64,000 nt of DNA from an uncultured virus (IMG/VR IMGVR_UViG_3300009085_000026) (Duplodnaviria > Heunggongvirae > Uroviricota > Caudoviricetes), in IMG/VR virus record IMGVR_UViG_3300009085_000026. One strand, written 5' to 3'. This document shows, piece by piece, positions 46,748-55,750 of the stretch. The position numbers were made by a program, and so were the translations under genes. The notes under the pieces are model-generated. The model had not been told where the DNA came from and searched no databases. It saw only the letters and a list, made by a program, of their open reading frames with translations. The stretch's first letter is position 1. Every line of letters begins with the position of its first letter.

Positions 46748-47068
46748 TTATCTGTCGAATAAGAAATTCAAAACTTCTGGATTAATTATTAGCAAATCAT
46801 AGAGTGCATTAGCTAAAGCTGTTACTTTTCCTTCAGAGTCTACTAAGTCGTCATAACCGGTATAATATCCTATAGCATGTATTATCTCGTGGATAAGAGT
46901 AGATTTCATAACAACATCAGAATTATTTGAATTTATTTTTATGTAAGTCCCATCTGAGCATTCTCCATCTAGATCTTCGGTTGGGTCATCGGAGGCTTTT
47001 AGATCTTTAACAAACTCTAGTTTATATATTCTAGTGCCTATTTTTAGCTCTGACGGTAATTCTTCCAT
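46748..47068 (-). CDS. small HEXXH metallopeptidase-like protein
   Basis: TLIHEIIHA...E; ATG 4 nt after AAGATAA. Confidence 0.7.
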   Translation of the reverse strand: MEELPSELKIGTRIYKLEFVKDLKASDDPTEDLDGECSDGTYIKINSNNSDVVMKSTLIHEIIHAIGYYTGYDDLVDSEGKVTALANALYDLLIINPEVLNFLFDR

Positions 47069-47072
47069 GCTT

Positions 47073-47423
47073 TTATCTTTGAATAGTGGGCTTTATTTTT
47101 ACATGGTATTCTCTTTTATTTCCATCATCATCAAAAAGGCAGAAATTATAGACCATTTCTCTCTCTATATTTTCTGATAAAAACTCCGAGTCCATTGCAA
47201 CCATCATTCTTTCTCTACCATGTATTTCTAACGACCCGGTTATTTTTGAGCCATTAGCCTTTTCCCAAAATTCACAGGTCATTCTTTTTTGCTCATAAAC
47301 CTCTTTTTCTCTAGTACAAATATTAAACTCTTTATTTGCATGATTACAAGCTACATTAAACTTACAATCAGAACATAGACTGCCCTTTATTAAGTTTATA
47401 GTTTGAATCTTATTCATGCTCAA
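47073..47423 (-). CDS. small Cys4 family protein
   Basis: TINLIKGSLCSDC...C...TCEFW. Confidence 0.65.
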   Translation of the reverse strand: MSMNKIQTINLIKGSLCSDCKFNVACNHANKEFNICTREKEVYEQKRMTCEFWEKANGSKITGSLEIHGRERMMVAMDSEFLSENIEREMVYNFCLFDDDGNKREYHVKIKPTIQR

Positions 47424-48771
47424 TTGGTGTTCTTAAATGATTATCTACTTCGACAAATATCTCTTTATCTGGTCTTTTTTCTATTTCTGTGGGTTTTTTG
47501 ATAACATCTGTTGCATCAAAAATTTTTAACCTAGTTTTTCTTGCTGGGTTCAAGAATCTCTCAAAGATAAACTCATGCTTTATTGGGTCTAATTTTGTAA
47601 TGCCCATTAGATATGTTACAAGAGATGCCGAAACTGAACCTCGACCAGGACCTGTTGCTATGTTGTTTTCCTTACAGAATTCATGAATCTCTTTTATCAA
47701 AAGGAAATAATCTACAAGCTCAAGATCGTCTATTACCTTTAGCTCATACTTCACTCTCTCCATATAGAAATCAATCTTATCTTCTGGAATGAGACCTAAC
47801 TGAAGCTTCTCGCCAAATCCTTCAGTAGCCATTTCTTCCAGAATCTTTTTACCATGAGGATACTTAGGCAACCTCGGGGGATGTTCCAAATAAATGTTCT
47901 CTACTTTTTTAGTTATAAGATTGCTGTTCTCAATAGCTTGTGCCAAAACTTCTTCTGTGAATATAGAATCTGTAGAGTATCTCTCTTTCCAAACTTTATA
48001 AATATCCTTCTCATTCTTTAGCCATAAGTCTTGGGCAGAGAATCTCCATCCCTGTCCGTTAGCTAAATCCTTTACAGTCTTATTACTTTGAATCAATAGA
48101 GAAAGCTGATGAGCCTCTTTATCTTCTTCTGTAAGGTAGTGAGGATCATTTCCAACTAGCAATGGTACTTCATGCTTCTTTGCCATTTGTATGAGCTGTC
48201 TATTAATTTCGTCCTGCTCCTCCATGTCTATGGTCATGAGCTCTATGAAGAATCTGTCAGGAAAATTCTTCTTCATAGTTTCTATGAACTCATCGGCTCC
48301 TGCTATATCCTTGGCCTTTAGTCTCCGAGAGAGAGTGCCACTCATGCAAGCTGTTGAAGCTACTACTCCTTCACTATTTTTAAATAGAGTTTCATAGCTC
48401 ATTATGGGTTTCTTGTAGAAATTTTCCCAACTATCGTTATGAACTTTTATAATATTCTTAAATCCCACTTCGTTCAAAGCCAAAAGAACGATATGCTCTG
48501 GCTTTCCTTCTTTTGTTTCTAGATATTTCTGTCTATCAAAAAGAATATATCCTTCGATACCATAGATTGGTTTTACTTTGTTTGCCTTACATTGAGTATA
48601 AAGTTCTATCCACTCTGACACTGAACCATGGTCAGTAATTGCTACAAATTTTTTATTGTTCTTTACGTGCCAACCTACTATATCAATTGGTCGCATTATC
48701 CCATCGCGAAGGCTTCCTATACTATGGGAATGCGTGCATATCCAGTCGGGATTTAATTGTACTCTTGCCAT
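47410..48771 (-). CDS. dnaE: DNA polymerase III alpha, N-terminal part (PHP plus start of palm)
   Basis: HSHS, ITDHG, GIEGY, NDPHY, GPGRGS, FERFLNP. Confidence 0.9.
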   Translation of the reverse strand: MARVQLNPDWICTHSHSIGSLRDGIMRPIDIVGWHVKNNKKFVAITDHGSVSEWIELYTQCKANKVKPIYGIEGYILFDRQKYLETKEGKPEHIVLLALNEVGFKNIIKVHNDSWENFYKKPIMSYETLFKNSEGVVASTACMSGTLSRRLKAKDIAGADEFIETMKKNFPDRFFIELMTIDMEEQDEINRQLIQMAKKHEVPLLVGNDPHYLTEEDKEAHQLSLLIQSNKTVKDLANGQGWRFSAQDLWLKNEKDIYKVWKERYSTDSIFTEEVLAQAIENSNLITKKVENIYLEHPPRLPKYPHGKKILEEMATEGFGEKLQLGLIPEDKIDFYMERVKYELKVIDDLELVDYFLLIKEIHEFCKENNIATGPGRGSVSASLVTYLMGITKLDPIKHEFIFERFLNPARKTRLKIFDATDVIKKPTEIEKRPDKEIFVEVDNHLRTPIEHE

Positions 48772-48793
48772 GTTTTAAATTATGCTTTGAGGA

Positions 48794-49174
48794 TTAATGC
48801 CAGATGCGCTTCATTAATGCTTTTTTGTATTTCTCGAATTTAGCTAGAAGTGCAGCGTATTGTTTTTGAGTAAGTTTACCTTTTTGATGAATTTCTTGAT
48901 TCATCTTCCAGACAAATTCTGATGCATATCGGCCTTGTATATTCATCATCAATGCACATAAGAACATCAAAGTTTCAGATCTTTTAGAGTCAAAGTTTAT
49001 TATAACAGGTGGATTCTTGAATTTCTCATAAACTCTATTTGCAGCGTCTACTTGATTATCGCTTAGAGCTCTACTTTGCGATTGATTATAAATACTCTGC
49101 AAGAAGTCATTCTTAGTATCTTTAAAATTATCTAATTCTGGAACTTTCTTTTTATTATCATCGTATATACTCAT
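48794..49174 (-). CDS. hypothetical protein
   Basis: LSDNQ/LTQKQ repeated element. Confidence 0.65.
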   Translation of the reverse strand: MSIYDDNKKKVPELDNFKDTKNDFLQSIYNQSQSRALSDNQVDAANRVYEKFKNPPVIINFDSKRSETLMFLCALMMNIQGRYASEFVWKMNQEIHQKGKLTQKQYAALLAKFEKYKKALMKRIWH

Positions 49175-49431
49175 TTATTTTTGCCATAATATTTCTTAAA
49201 GATTTCTCTAGTTACCTTAACCCAATTACTATCCGGCAAATTAAATAATACTTGCTCTACATCTTCGACTGTATCGTTGTGAAAGAATTTGCTTCCTGAA
49301 TTAACAGGCTTGACGCCCACCAACTTAGCTATTTGCATTAATTGCTTATCACTTAGATTTCTAAGTACTTCTTTTACAGCGCCCTCATAATCTTCAAAAA
49401 TTGCTTTTATCTGCGTATGCCGAAATATCAT
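49171..49431 (-). CDS. hypothetical protein, apparently leaderless
   Basis: ATG 4 nt after AAGATAA. Confidence 0.65.
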   Translation of the reverse strand: MIFRHTQIKAIFEDYEGAVKEVLRNLSDKQLMQIAKLVGVKPVNSGSKFFHNDTVEDVEQVLFNLPDSNWVKVTREIFKKYYGKNK

Positions 49432-49449
49432 GAGATTATCTTGTAGAAA

Positions 49450-51684
49450 CTAAGCTATGATTTCTATGGGGAACTTTCCGTTTAGCTCTGATTCCCAAGG
49501 AAGTTTGAGCCATGCTGATTCATTCTTTACTACAATCTTTATCATTTGTCCTTTAAAGAACTTACCCAGAATGCTATCTCTAAAGTCTTTTCCAAAAGCA
49601 TATACCTGAATAGTATCTCTAAAGTCTGTGACTGTTATCAATACATATTCTTTGTTAGACTTCTTGCTCTTCTTTGTACTAATGTCAGATATGTATCCCA
49701 GAAGAACCCAAAGCTTTTTACTCTTGTCTCTTTCTGATATAATTTTTATGTTCTTCAGCTTTGGATTACTTTGAATATAAGTATCAATACCAGTAAAGCT
49801 ATACTTGCAATAATCATATTCTATTTGAATAAGCTCATAAAGCTGTGGCATTTCTTTTTGATATTGGGCAATCTCTTCTCTTACGTTCTTATTACTTTTC
49901 TTTGAAGCTAAATAAAGAAGCCACTTATATGGCCTATCAGTTATTTTATCGTCAAAATCAACAGCCCCAGAAAATATCAATCCTCTTATTACCCTCTTAT
50001 TTAGTTTGTTCTCTGTTGCTTTTGTAAGGAAATCATCCCAATCATTAAACGGTCTAAGCTTTAAAATATTCTCTGCACCATTAGAAACATCTTTTATGTA
50101 ACTGAGAGCAAAATAAATCTTATCATTATCACAATCAAACATCACACCAGATTTATTTACATCGGGCTTGTTGAACTTTATCCCATTCATCGTTATAGAG
50201 TTGATATATTTCCCAAGGCTACTCTGATGATGCTTCTCTAAGCCCCTATCTATTGTATTGAGAGCAGCAGTCCAGAACTCTAATGGATAGTAGGTCTTTA
50301 GATAAGCTTGAACATAACCCATAAGAGAGTAAGCATAGGAGTGTGGCATGTTGAATGCATAAGCAGCTTGCTTCATCAACTGAACCCATTGAGCTTCAGC
50401 GTATTCGCTAGCTTCCTTTTCCTTCCATTCATCATCTTTTACTATCTTCGCTGTTGCATTGGTCAAGTAAGTCTGATGATACTTTTCACACTCTTTCAAC
50501 ATTGAGTCTCGGCTCTCATCGGAAGTTTTGGCTTTACCAATCTTTCTAACAAGCCGTCTTACTTTATCTGCTTCAAAGATTGTAAAATTGCCAAGCTCCA
50601 TAAGAACCTGCATCAGCTGCTCTTGGTAAATCATGAGACCACGAGTATGATTGTAGATATGATGTAAGCACTTCGGCTCTCGTCTATTCAGTTTGGCTTT
50701 TACATAATCATCAACATTAGCTGAGCCAGGTCTAACTAGAGTTGAGATATTTGAAATATCCTGTAAGCTTCTGGGCTTAATCTTTGCAACTGCTTCTCGG
50801 AACGTCTTTGATTCCATCTGGAATATATTATCAAGCTCTAATGTGTTTATTAAATCATAAACCTTGGGGTCATCAGTGGGTATAAGATAGGGGTCACCTT
50901 TTATGGCTCCGGGATGTTTCTTATTTATTTCTTCTACACAAATACGTATCTGCTCTACACAAGCAAGACCAAGTATATCTACCTTAATCCACCCAAGAGC
51001 CTCAAGCTCCTTGATTGCGCCAGACTCCTGCCAGCCCGTCACATAGCCCTTATTAGCTCTTACTATAGGAATATTTTCAAAAGCATTATCTGAGGACACT
51101 ATAAAGCCGCCAGCATGCTGTCCTATATTCTTTTTCATGCCAGTAAGCTTAGTCATTACGCTTTCAACCTCAGGATGAGCCTTTAGGAAATCTTCAATTT
51201 GGGGATATTTCTTTTTTATTTCATCTACATCTAAATCTTTGTCTTCATCAGAAACTACTTTACTAACAGTCAAATATTCAAATGGCTTTATTCCATATAC
51301 TCTTGAGATTTCTTGGACGGAGCCTTTTACTCCGAGAGTGCCATAAGTGCCAATGCTAACACAATTCTTTTCGCCAAACTTCTTCTTTAGCCAATCCTTA
51401 ATCTTGTCTCTGCCGTCGGGAGAAAAATCTAAATCTATATCGGCCATATCTGCAAGCTCATAATGATGTTCTAGTTTATCTGGCTTTGGAGCAATGCCTA
51501 AAACATATAAAGCATAACTATTATTCTTATTTGTTTCAAGCTTCTTATCTATCAACGAATCTAACTTACTCCATTCGTTCTGAGTCGATAAGGCTCTTAT
51601 CTCTTCTTCCAGATAAGATTTTTCTGGTTCTTGTAATTCTTTTGATTTTTGTTTTAAAAGTTTTAATAAGTCTTTCTTGTCCAT
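49450..51684 (-). CDS. dnaE: DNA polymerase III alpha, C-terminal catalytic part
   Basis: DIDLDF, GQHAGG, KVDILGL, IFQMES, IYQEQLM, YAFNMPHS.AY, YLKTYYP, PDVNKS, OB-like end. Confidence 0.92.
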   Translation of the reverse strand: MDKKDLLKLLKQKSKELQEPEKSYLEEEIRALSTQNEWSKLDSLIDKKLETNKNNSYALYVLGIAPKPDKLEHHYELADMADIDLDFSPDGRDKIKDWLKKKFGEKNCVSIGTYGTLGVKGSVQEISRVYGIKPFEYLTVSKVVSDEDKDLDVDEIKKKYPQIEDFLKAHPEVESVMTKLTGMKKNIGQHAGGFIVSSDNAFENIPIVRANKGYVTGWQESGAIKELEALGWIKVDILGLACVEQIRICVEEINKKHPGAIKGDPYLIPTDDPKVYDLINTLELDNIFQMESKTFREAVAKIKPRSLQDISNISTLVRPGSANVDDYVKAKLNRREPKCLHHIYNHTRGLMIYQEQLMQVLMELGNFTIFEADKVRRLVRKIGKAKTSDESRDSMLKECEKYHQTYLTNATAKIVKDDEWKEKEASEYAEAQWVQLMKQAAYAFNMPHSYAYSLMGYVQAYLKTYYPLEFWTAALNTIDRGLEKHHQSSLGKYINSITMNGIKFNKPDVNKSGVMFDCDNDKIYFALSYIKDVSNGAENILKLRPFNDWDDFLTKATENKLNKRVIRGLIFSGAVDFDDKITDRPYKWLLYLASKKSNKNVREEIAQYQKEMPQLYELIQIEYDYCKYSFTGIDTYIQSNPKLKNIKIISERDKSKKLWVLLGYISDISTKKSKKSNKEYVLITVTDFRDTIQVYAFGKDFRDSILGKFFKGQMIKIVVKNESAWLKLPWESELNGKFPIEIIA

Positions 51685-51685
51685 A

Positions 51686-51913
51686 TTAACCTATAAGTAT
51701 GCTATTATTCGGGTCAGAATTCTTGTCTTTCCAGTCGTTACAAGTAAGATTACTAGGAGGACACCCATATAATCTACAAGCATCAATTTCTATTAGTTTT
51801 GGTTTTTCATCGCCTATTTTCCATAATTCTTTTACACTAGAAGTTCTGTAAAAGCAAGTGCTACAAAATTGATCTTTAAGAAGTCTTTTAATCAAATCAT
51901 TTTTGGAATTCAT
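51686..51913 (-). CDS. small Cys4 family protein
   Basis: LIKRLLKDQFCSTC...C...TCNDW. Confidence 0.7.
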   Translation of the reverse strand: MNSKNDLIKRLLKDQFCSTCFYRTSSVKELWKIGDEKPKLIEIDACRLYGCPPSNLTCNDWKDKNSDPNNSILIG

Positions 51914-52268
51914 TTTTTTGGTGTTCAGTTAAAAACCTTTTCATCTCTTCAACTTCTGCTTCTAACTGTTCTATCTTTTTAGATTCTATTTTGATTCGTC
52001 TAAAGTTTTCTACTTGCTCATCAGATAGTATCCAAGGTTTTTCTATCTTCTTGAATCTGCTACAAGTATTCTGCTCTACTATTGGTTGGTGACCGAGGGC
52101 CTCTCTATCAATACAAGTTTTCTTTCTACCATCTATATCTAGGTAAATGCAATTATCACAGGTCTCTTCTTTAAGAATCCTTATTATGTCTTCTTTTCTT
52201 ACGTTTTTTGTGGTCAAGATTCTCCACTGCCTTTCTTGTTTCTGCAAAATAAGTTGGCAAAAGAGCAA
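51897..52268 (-). CDS. small Cys4 family protein (true start probably downstream)
   Basis: IIRILKEETCDNC...TC...NTCSRF. Confidence 0.65.
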   Translation of the reverse strand: MLFCQLILQKQERQWRILTTKNVRKEDIIRILKEETCDNCIYLDIDGRKKTCIDREALGHQPIVEQNTCSRFKKIEKPWILSDEQVENFRRIKIESKKIEQLEAEVEEMKRFLTEHQKNEFQK

Positions 52269-52488
52269 GATTGATTATTATAGAAATGAGGAAAATCGGA
52301 ACTTTGCCAAACACACTACCCAAATGATAAGTCCAAGCAATTATTTGCGTAATTGCTATTGGCACTAAATACATTAGTGCCACTGCCAACACAAAGATTG
52401 AAGCTGTTATAAGCCCAATCTTAACCCACTTATTACTTAGTAGCTTTCTTATCCGTAGAGCCAAAGCCCGATTCTCCTCTGTGTTCAA
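52171..52488 (-). CDS. membrane hypothetical protein
   Basis: Two hydrophobic segments. Confidence 0.6.
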   Translation of the reverse strand: MNTEENRALALRIRKLLSNKWVKIGLITASIFVLAVALMYLVPIAITQIIAWTYHLGSVFGKVPIFLISIIINLALLPTYFAETRKAVENLDHKKRKKRRHNKDS

Positions 52489-52987
52489 TTTGCTTCATCC
52501 AATCATAGAGCATATCTTCATCACCAACTTCAGTAAGATCGCAAGATATAATTGGCACCATAACCATCTGAGCCAATTTATCGCCGCTGTGCAAGTCAAC
52601 AGAAACTTCCGAAAGATTGTGTAAATCAATATGAACTTCTCCTGAGTAAAATGTATCTATAACTTGAGCTCCAATTAAAAGCTCTTTCTTAGATGCTACT
52701 CCACTCTTGTTTAAAAAGAGCCCCATGCACCCAAAGGGAATCTCAACTTTAATTCCAGATGGAATAAGTAGATTGCTACGTGGAGGGATACTTATGTAGC
52801 TGCTCTTCTCGTCATTTTCATCTATGAAATACATAGAACTTTCTTTATTATTTTGCTCTGTCCACTTTTCTATGATCTCACATAGCTCTTTTGTTACCTT
52901 AGGCATATAGAAATCAATACCAGCATCAGTAGGATGCCCACGAGATGGCTCTTCAACTTCTCTAATTGAAAAATACTTTAAAAGCAT
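52433..52987 (-). CDS. dut: trimeric dUTPase
   Basis: DAGIDF, KSG, VIDTFYSGE, LAQ, RGESGFGST. Confidence 0.93.
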   Translation of the reverse strand: MLLKYFSIREVEEPSRGHPTDAGIDFYMPKVTKELCEIIEKWTEQNNKESSMYFIDENDEKSSYISIPPRSNLLIPSGIKVEIPFGCMGLFLNKSGVASKKELLIGAQVIDTFYSGEVHIDLHNLSEVSVDLHSGDKLAQMVMVPIISCDLTEVGDEDMLYDWMKQIEHRGESGFGSTDKKATK

Positions 52988-52995
52988 ATTAACTC

Positions 52996-53496
52996 CTAAA
53001 TTTTAATTACTTCTATTAAGTTTGATTTCAATACTTCTAATGATAGCAGTCCTTCAGGTCTATCATAAAGATTTGAATAGAATACTCTCTTGATTCCTGC
53101 CTGTAGAATATTCTTTGTACAAGATAGGCAAGGAGAATATGTAGTATATATGTCTGAACCTTCTATTCTAATTCCTCTTCGAGCTGCCCAGATGATAGCA
53201 TTAGCTTCAGCATGAAGCTCATGTTCAGAAGACCAAACTTTGTGCTTCTCTTTAAACGAATCAAGTTTAGTATATTCTACAAAGCTTATAGTTTCTACAG
53301 CATCACTGTCTTGATATTCGTTGTAGAAAAAATCATAACAGTGGACTTTGCCAGAAGCATTACCATTATATCCAACAGAAAGGATATGGCCACCATCAGA
53401 TATGACAGCACCGGCTTTTATTCTAGCACAGGTAGAGCGCTCCGAAAACAAGAACGCTGTCCGCATTAGGATTTCTTCTTTTGTAGGTCGCTTCAT
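52996..53496 (-). CDS. dCMP deaminase
   Basis: RSTC, GYNG, HAEANA, SPCLSC. Confidence 0.92.
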   Translation of the reverse strand: MKRPTKEEILMRTAFLFSERSTCARIKAGAVISDGGHILSVGYNGNASGKVHCYDFFYNEYQDSDAVETISFVEYTKLDSFKEKHKVWSSEHELHAEANAIIWAARRGIRIEGSDIYTTYSPCLSCTKNILQAGIKRVFYSNLYDRPEGLLSLEVLKSNLIEVIKI

Positions 53497-53509
53497 GTAA
53501 ATAAATATG

Positions 53510-53764
53510 CTACCTAAGAATTGCCATTATCTCTAAGAGTGGATCAAGCTTTTTTGTTTCGGCCTTCTTATCTTCCTCAGTGTTAGAAAAGCCATCGCAG
53601 CTTTCTAACCACACAGGATCAAAATTTAATGGCCACAGAAACCACCCAGATCTAATCCCGTGTGCATTTCCAGAAACCTTAGCTTCATGGTTGTTGCAAC
53701 GAGTATGAGCATCACCTGGGATAGTTCTTCGGTGAGAACACTCATAACAGTTTGGTTTGTCCAT
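53510..53764 (-). CDS. small Cys-rich hypothetical protein
   Basis: CYEC...C...GWFLWPLNFDPVWL..C.GF. Confidence 0.75.
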   Translation of the reverse strand: MDKPNCYECSHRRTIPGDAHTRCNNHEAKVSGNAHGIRSGWFLWPLNFDPVWLESCDGFSNTEEDKKAETKKLDPLLEIMAILR

Positions 53765-53782
53765 AGAATTAATTATGCAAAC

Positions 53783-53811
53783 AAAAAAGCCTCCAGTGGG
53801 TAGGAGGCTTT
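53783..53811 (-). terminator. Rho-independent terminator
   Basis: AAAAAAGCCTCC...GGAGGCTTT. Confidence 0.85.
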
Positions 53812-53830
53812 CTAAGGAGATTGCTACTAT

Positions 53831-54310
53831 TTAGTAGTTTGGGAAGTATCTGATATAGAGGGTCCTGTCAGTGCGGTAGTAAAGGGTGACTGCATGGGGT
53901 ATATCTCCCCCAACCACTGGGAGAAGACCGCTCCTTACAGTTCCATTGCTAAGAGTTTTAGTAGGCGGTTCCCAGTTAGCATCGTGGCCCATAGAGAACT
54001 TCTTGATAAATTCGATGAACTGCTGGCGAGTGTAAGTGTTCTTGTAGAAATCCACTTCGGACCAAATCAAGCCCTCTTTCTTGGAATAGCAGAGCCGAAC
54101 GTAGGGAGTCCTGGTATCAGTCCAGAGCTGGTCGGTAATGGTGGTCCCATCGAAAGTATTTGTGCGAGTGACCTCTGGACCCCAAGGAACTTTCGCAATG
54201 TTTGGCTCTGAGTAAAACTGTAAGAGCCTGGGGTCATCGAAGGGGCTGGTAGCAGCGAAGGCCATTACGGCCATCACCAAAAGCATTGCGATAACGATAG
54301 TCTTCTTCAT
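53831..54310 (-). CDS. exported hypothetical protein
   Basis: Signal peptide MKKTIVIAMLLVMAVMAFA; GGAGG SD; degenerate early motif at 54331-54352. Confidence 0.75.
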   Translation of the reverse strand: MKKTIVIAMLLVMAVMAFAATSPFDDPRLLQFYSEPNIAKVPWGPEVTRTNTFDGTTITDQLWTDTRTPYVRLCYSKKEGLIWSEVDFYKNTYTRQQFIEFIKKFSMGHDANWEPPTKTLSNGTVRSGLLPVVGGDIPHAVTLYYRTDRTLYIRYFPNY

Positions 54311-54375
54311 GTATCTACCTCCATGCTTGTATTATAACTCAGTATCAAAACTAAAAGCACTTTCATATACAAACT

Positions 54376-54401
54376 AAAAAGCCCCTCAGTTGAGGGGCTT
54401 T
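54376..54401 (-). terminator. Rho-independent terminator
   Basis: AAAAAGCCCCTCA-GT-TGAGGGGCTTT. Confidence 0.85.
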
Positions 54402-54424
54402 ATCGAAGGAGGCACTATGGGTTT

Positions 54425-54712
54425 TTACCTGTGGATGACCCTCTCGACCTTCATGCTGGCCAGAAAGGAAGCCGGCATGGTAGCCCAGGCGGACCTCTGG
54501 ATCTTCTCGATGACCTTCTTGGCCATGTCCTTTTTGAGAGTAGCCTCGCTGGCATCTCCGACCATGCTTGCCACGAGGCTTTTCTCGAGCTGGGAAGTGT
54601 AGATCTCCCACTTCCGATCCCAGTTCATCTTCATCTTGAGCATGAGCCAGAACCTGGCAGTGGGAATCTCTTCCTTGATGATTTCCTTTACGTCCTCTTT
54701 GAAAGCCACCAT
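54425..54712 (-). CDS. hypothetical protein
   Basis: GGAGG SD; early-motif variant at 54736-54757. Confidence 0.65.
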   Translation of the reverse strand: MVAFKEDVKEIIKEEIPTARFWLMLKMKMNWDRKWEIYTSQLEKSLVASMVGDASEATLKKDMAKKVIEKIQRSAWATMPASFLASMKVERVIHR

Positions 54713-54757
54713 AGTTTATCTCCTCCTGTTGGTTTATCTTACCACAGGGTCGAAACT

Positions 54758-55147
54758 TTATGCATTAGGACTGGTAACTGAGGTATCTTCTTTTTCTGGG
54801 GGATAACCATAGGTTTCAACGAAAGCACAGAAAATAATATAGGCTGCTAGATTGCCCCACTCCTTTGGGTTTTTCTCAAGATACTTACCCACAAGATTGA
54901 AACCTACTTCCCAGGTGGCACTGTCTGGAACTTCAAGCTTACCAAGATCAATCAAAACATCAACTGTGCCCTGAACATATCCCATATACCATCCAGCCCC
55001 AGAACAATCATCTTTTGTTGCTGTAGAATAATTCTTTTGATATCTCTGATAAGCTTGCCAGGCTTTATAAAGCCTGTCTCCATCATCAATAGCAAAGATA
55101 GAGACGGCAACCACCAAGAGAACAAAAACAAAAAGAATCTTCTTCAT
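54758..55147 (-). CDS. Rap1a/Tai-like immunity-family exported protein
   Basis: Signal peptide; DG..LY...GYVQG..D......P.......V.KYL.KNP.....A...I..AF...Y pattern. Confidence 0.6.
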   Translation of the reverse strand: MKKILFVFVLLVVAVSIFAIDDGDRLYKAWQAYQRYQKNYSTATKDDCSGAGWYMGYVQGTVDVLIDLGKLEVPDSATWEVGFNLVGKYLEKNPKEWGNLAAYIIFCAFVETYGYPPEKEDTSVTSPNA

Positions 55148-55156
55148 ACTGTCTCC

Positions 55157-55729
55157 TTACTTCGCCTCTGCGGCGACCCAGTTCTTAAATATCATCTTCA
55201 GAGAACTAAACTTATTTATAAAATTTGGATCGTTGTGTTCGTTCCACTTCAAAACTTTTACTATAGTTTCCCTGCTTGGCTTTAGAGTATTACCTCTATG
55301 ACAAGAGTTGTACTTCTTATAGGCAGTTCTAATAAGTACAAACTCCTCTTCATCAACCATACTGGCCAAAGAGTCTCCCTCTTTTACCTGTTCTCCCTCA
55401 ATCCAATCAAGAATCTTCTCCTGATCTACATAGAAGGTCTTAACCTTGTTATTTCTCCGAGCATCTTTTCTTGACCTATAGGCAATAGCCAAAGCAATCT
55501 GCTTCCAGAAGAAAGAATAGGCAGCTCCCTTCTTGATATTGAAGGAGTTCTGGTGCTTAAAGCACTTATAGACGGCGAACTGAATGTAGTCAAGCCACTC
55601 CTGTTGACGAATGCCCTTGCATGAAACCTGATGCTTAGCAATGTCGTAGAGATACTTGTATAACTTATCGTTCTTATCGCGATCTACCCAAGCCTGGTCC
55701 ATCTCGTCCTTCTTGATGTCTAGAGCCAT
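55157..55729 (-). CDS. phage sigma-factor-like protein (region 2 only)
   Basis: DYIQFAVYKCFKHQNSFNIKKGAAYSFFWKQIALAI resembles sigma region 2 and T4 gp55. Confidence 0.6.
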   Translation of the reverse strand: MALDIKKDEMDQAWVDRDKNDKLYKYLYDIAKHQVSCKGIRQQEWLDYIQFAVYKCFKHQNSFNIKKGAAYSFFWKQIALAIAYRSRKDARRNNKVKTFYVDQEKILDWIEGEQVKEGDSLASMVDEEEFVLIRTAYKKYNSCHRGNTLKPSRETIVKVLKWNEHNDPNFINKFSSLKMIFKNWVAAEAK

Positions 55730-55750
55730 TCTTTCCTCCTGTTAGTTATA

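Noticed and set aside
47410..51684. Split intein or group I intron in dnaE
   Set aside because: No intein terminal motifs, the halves are in reversed order, and the intervening DNA is filled by two ordinary ORFs.
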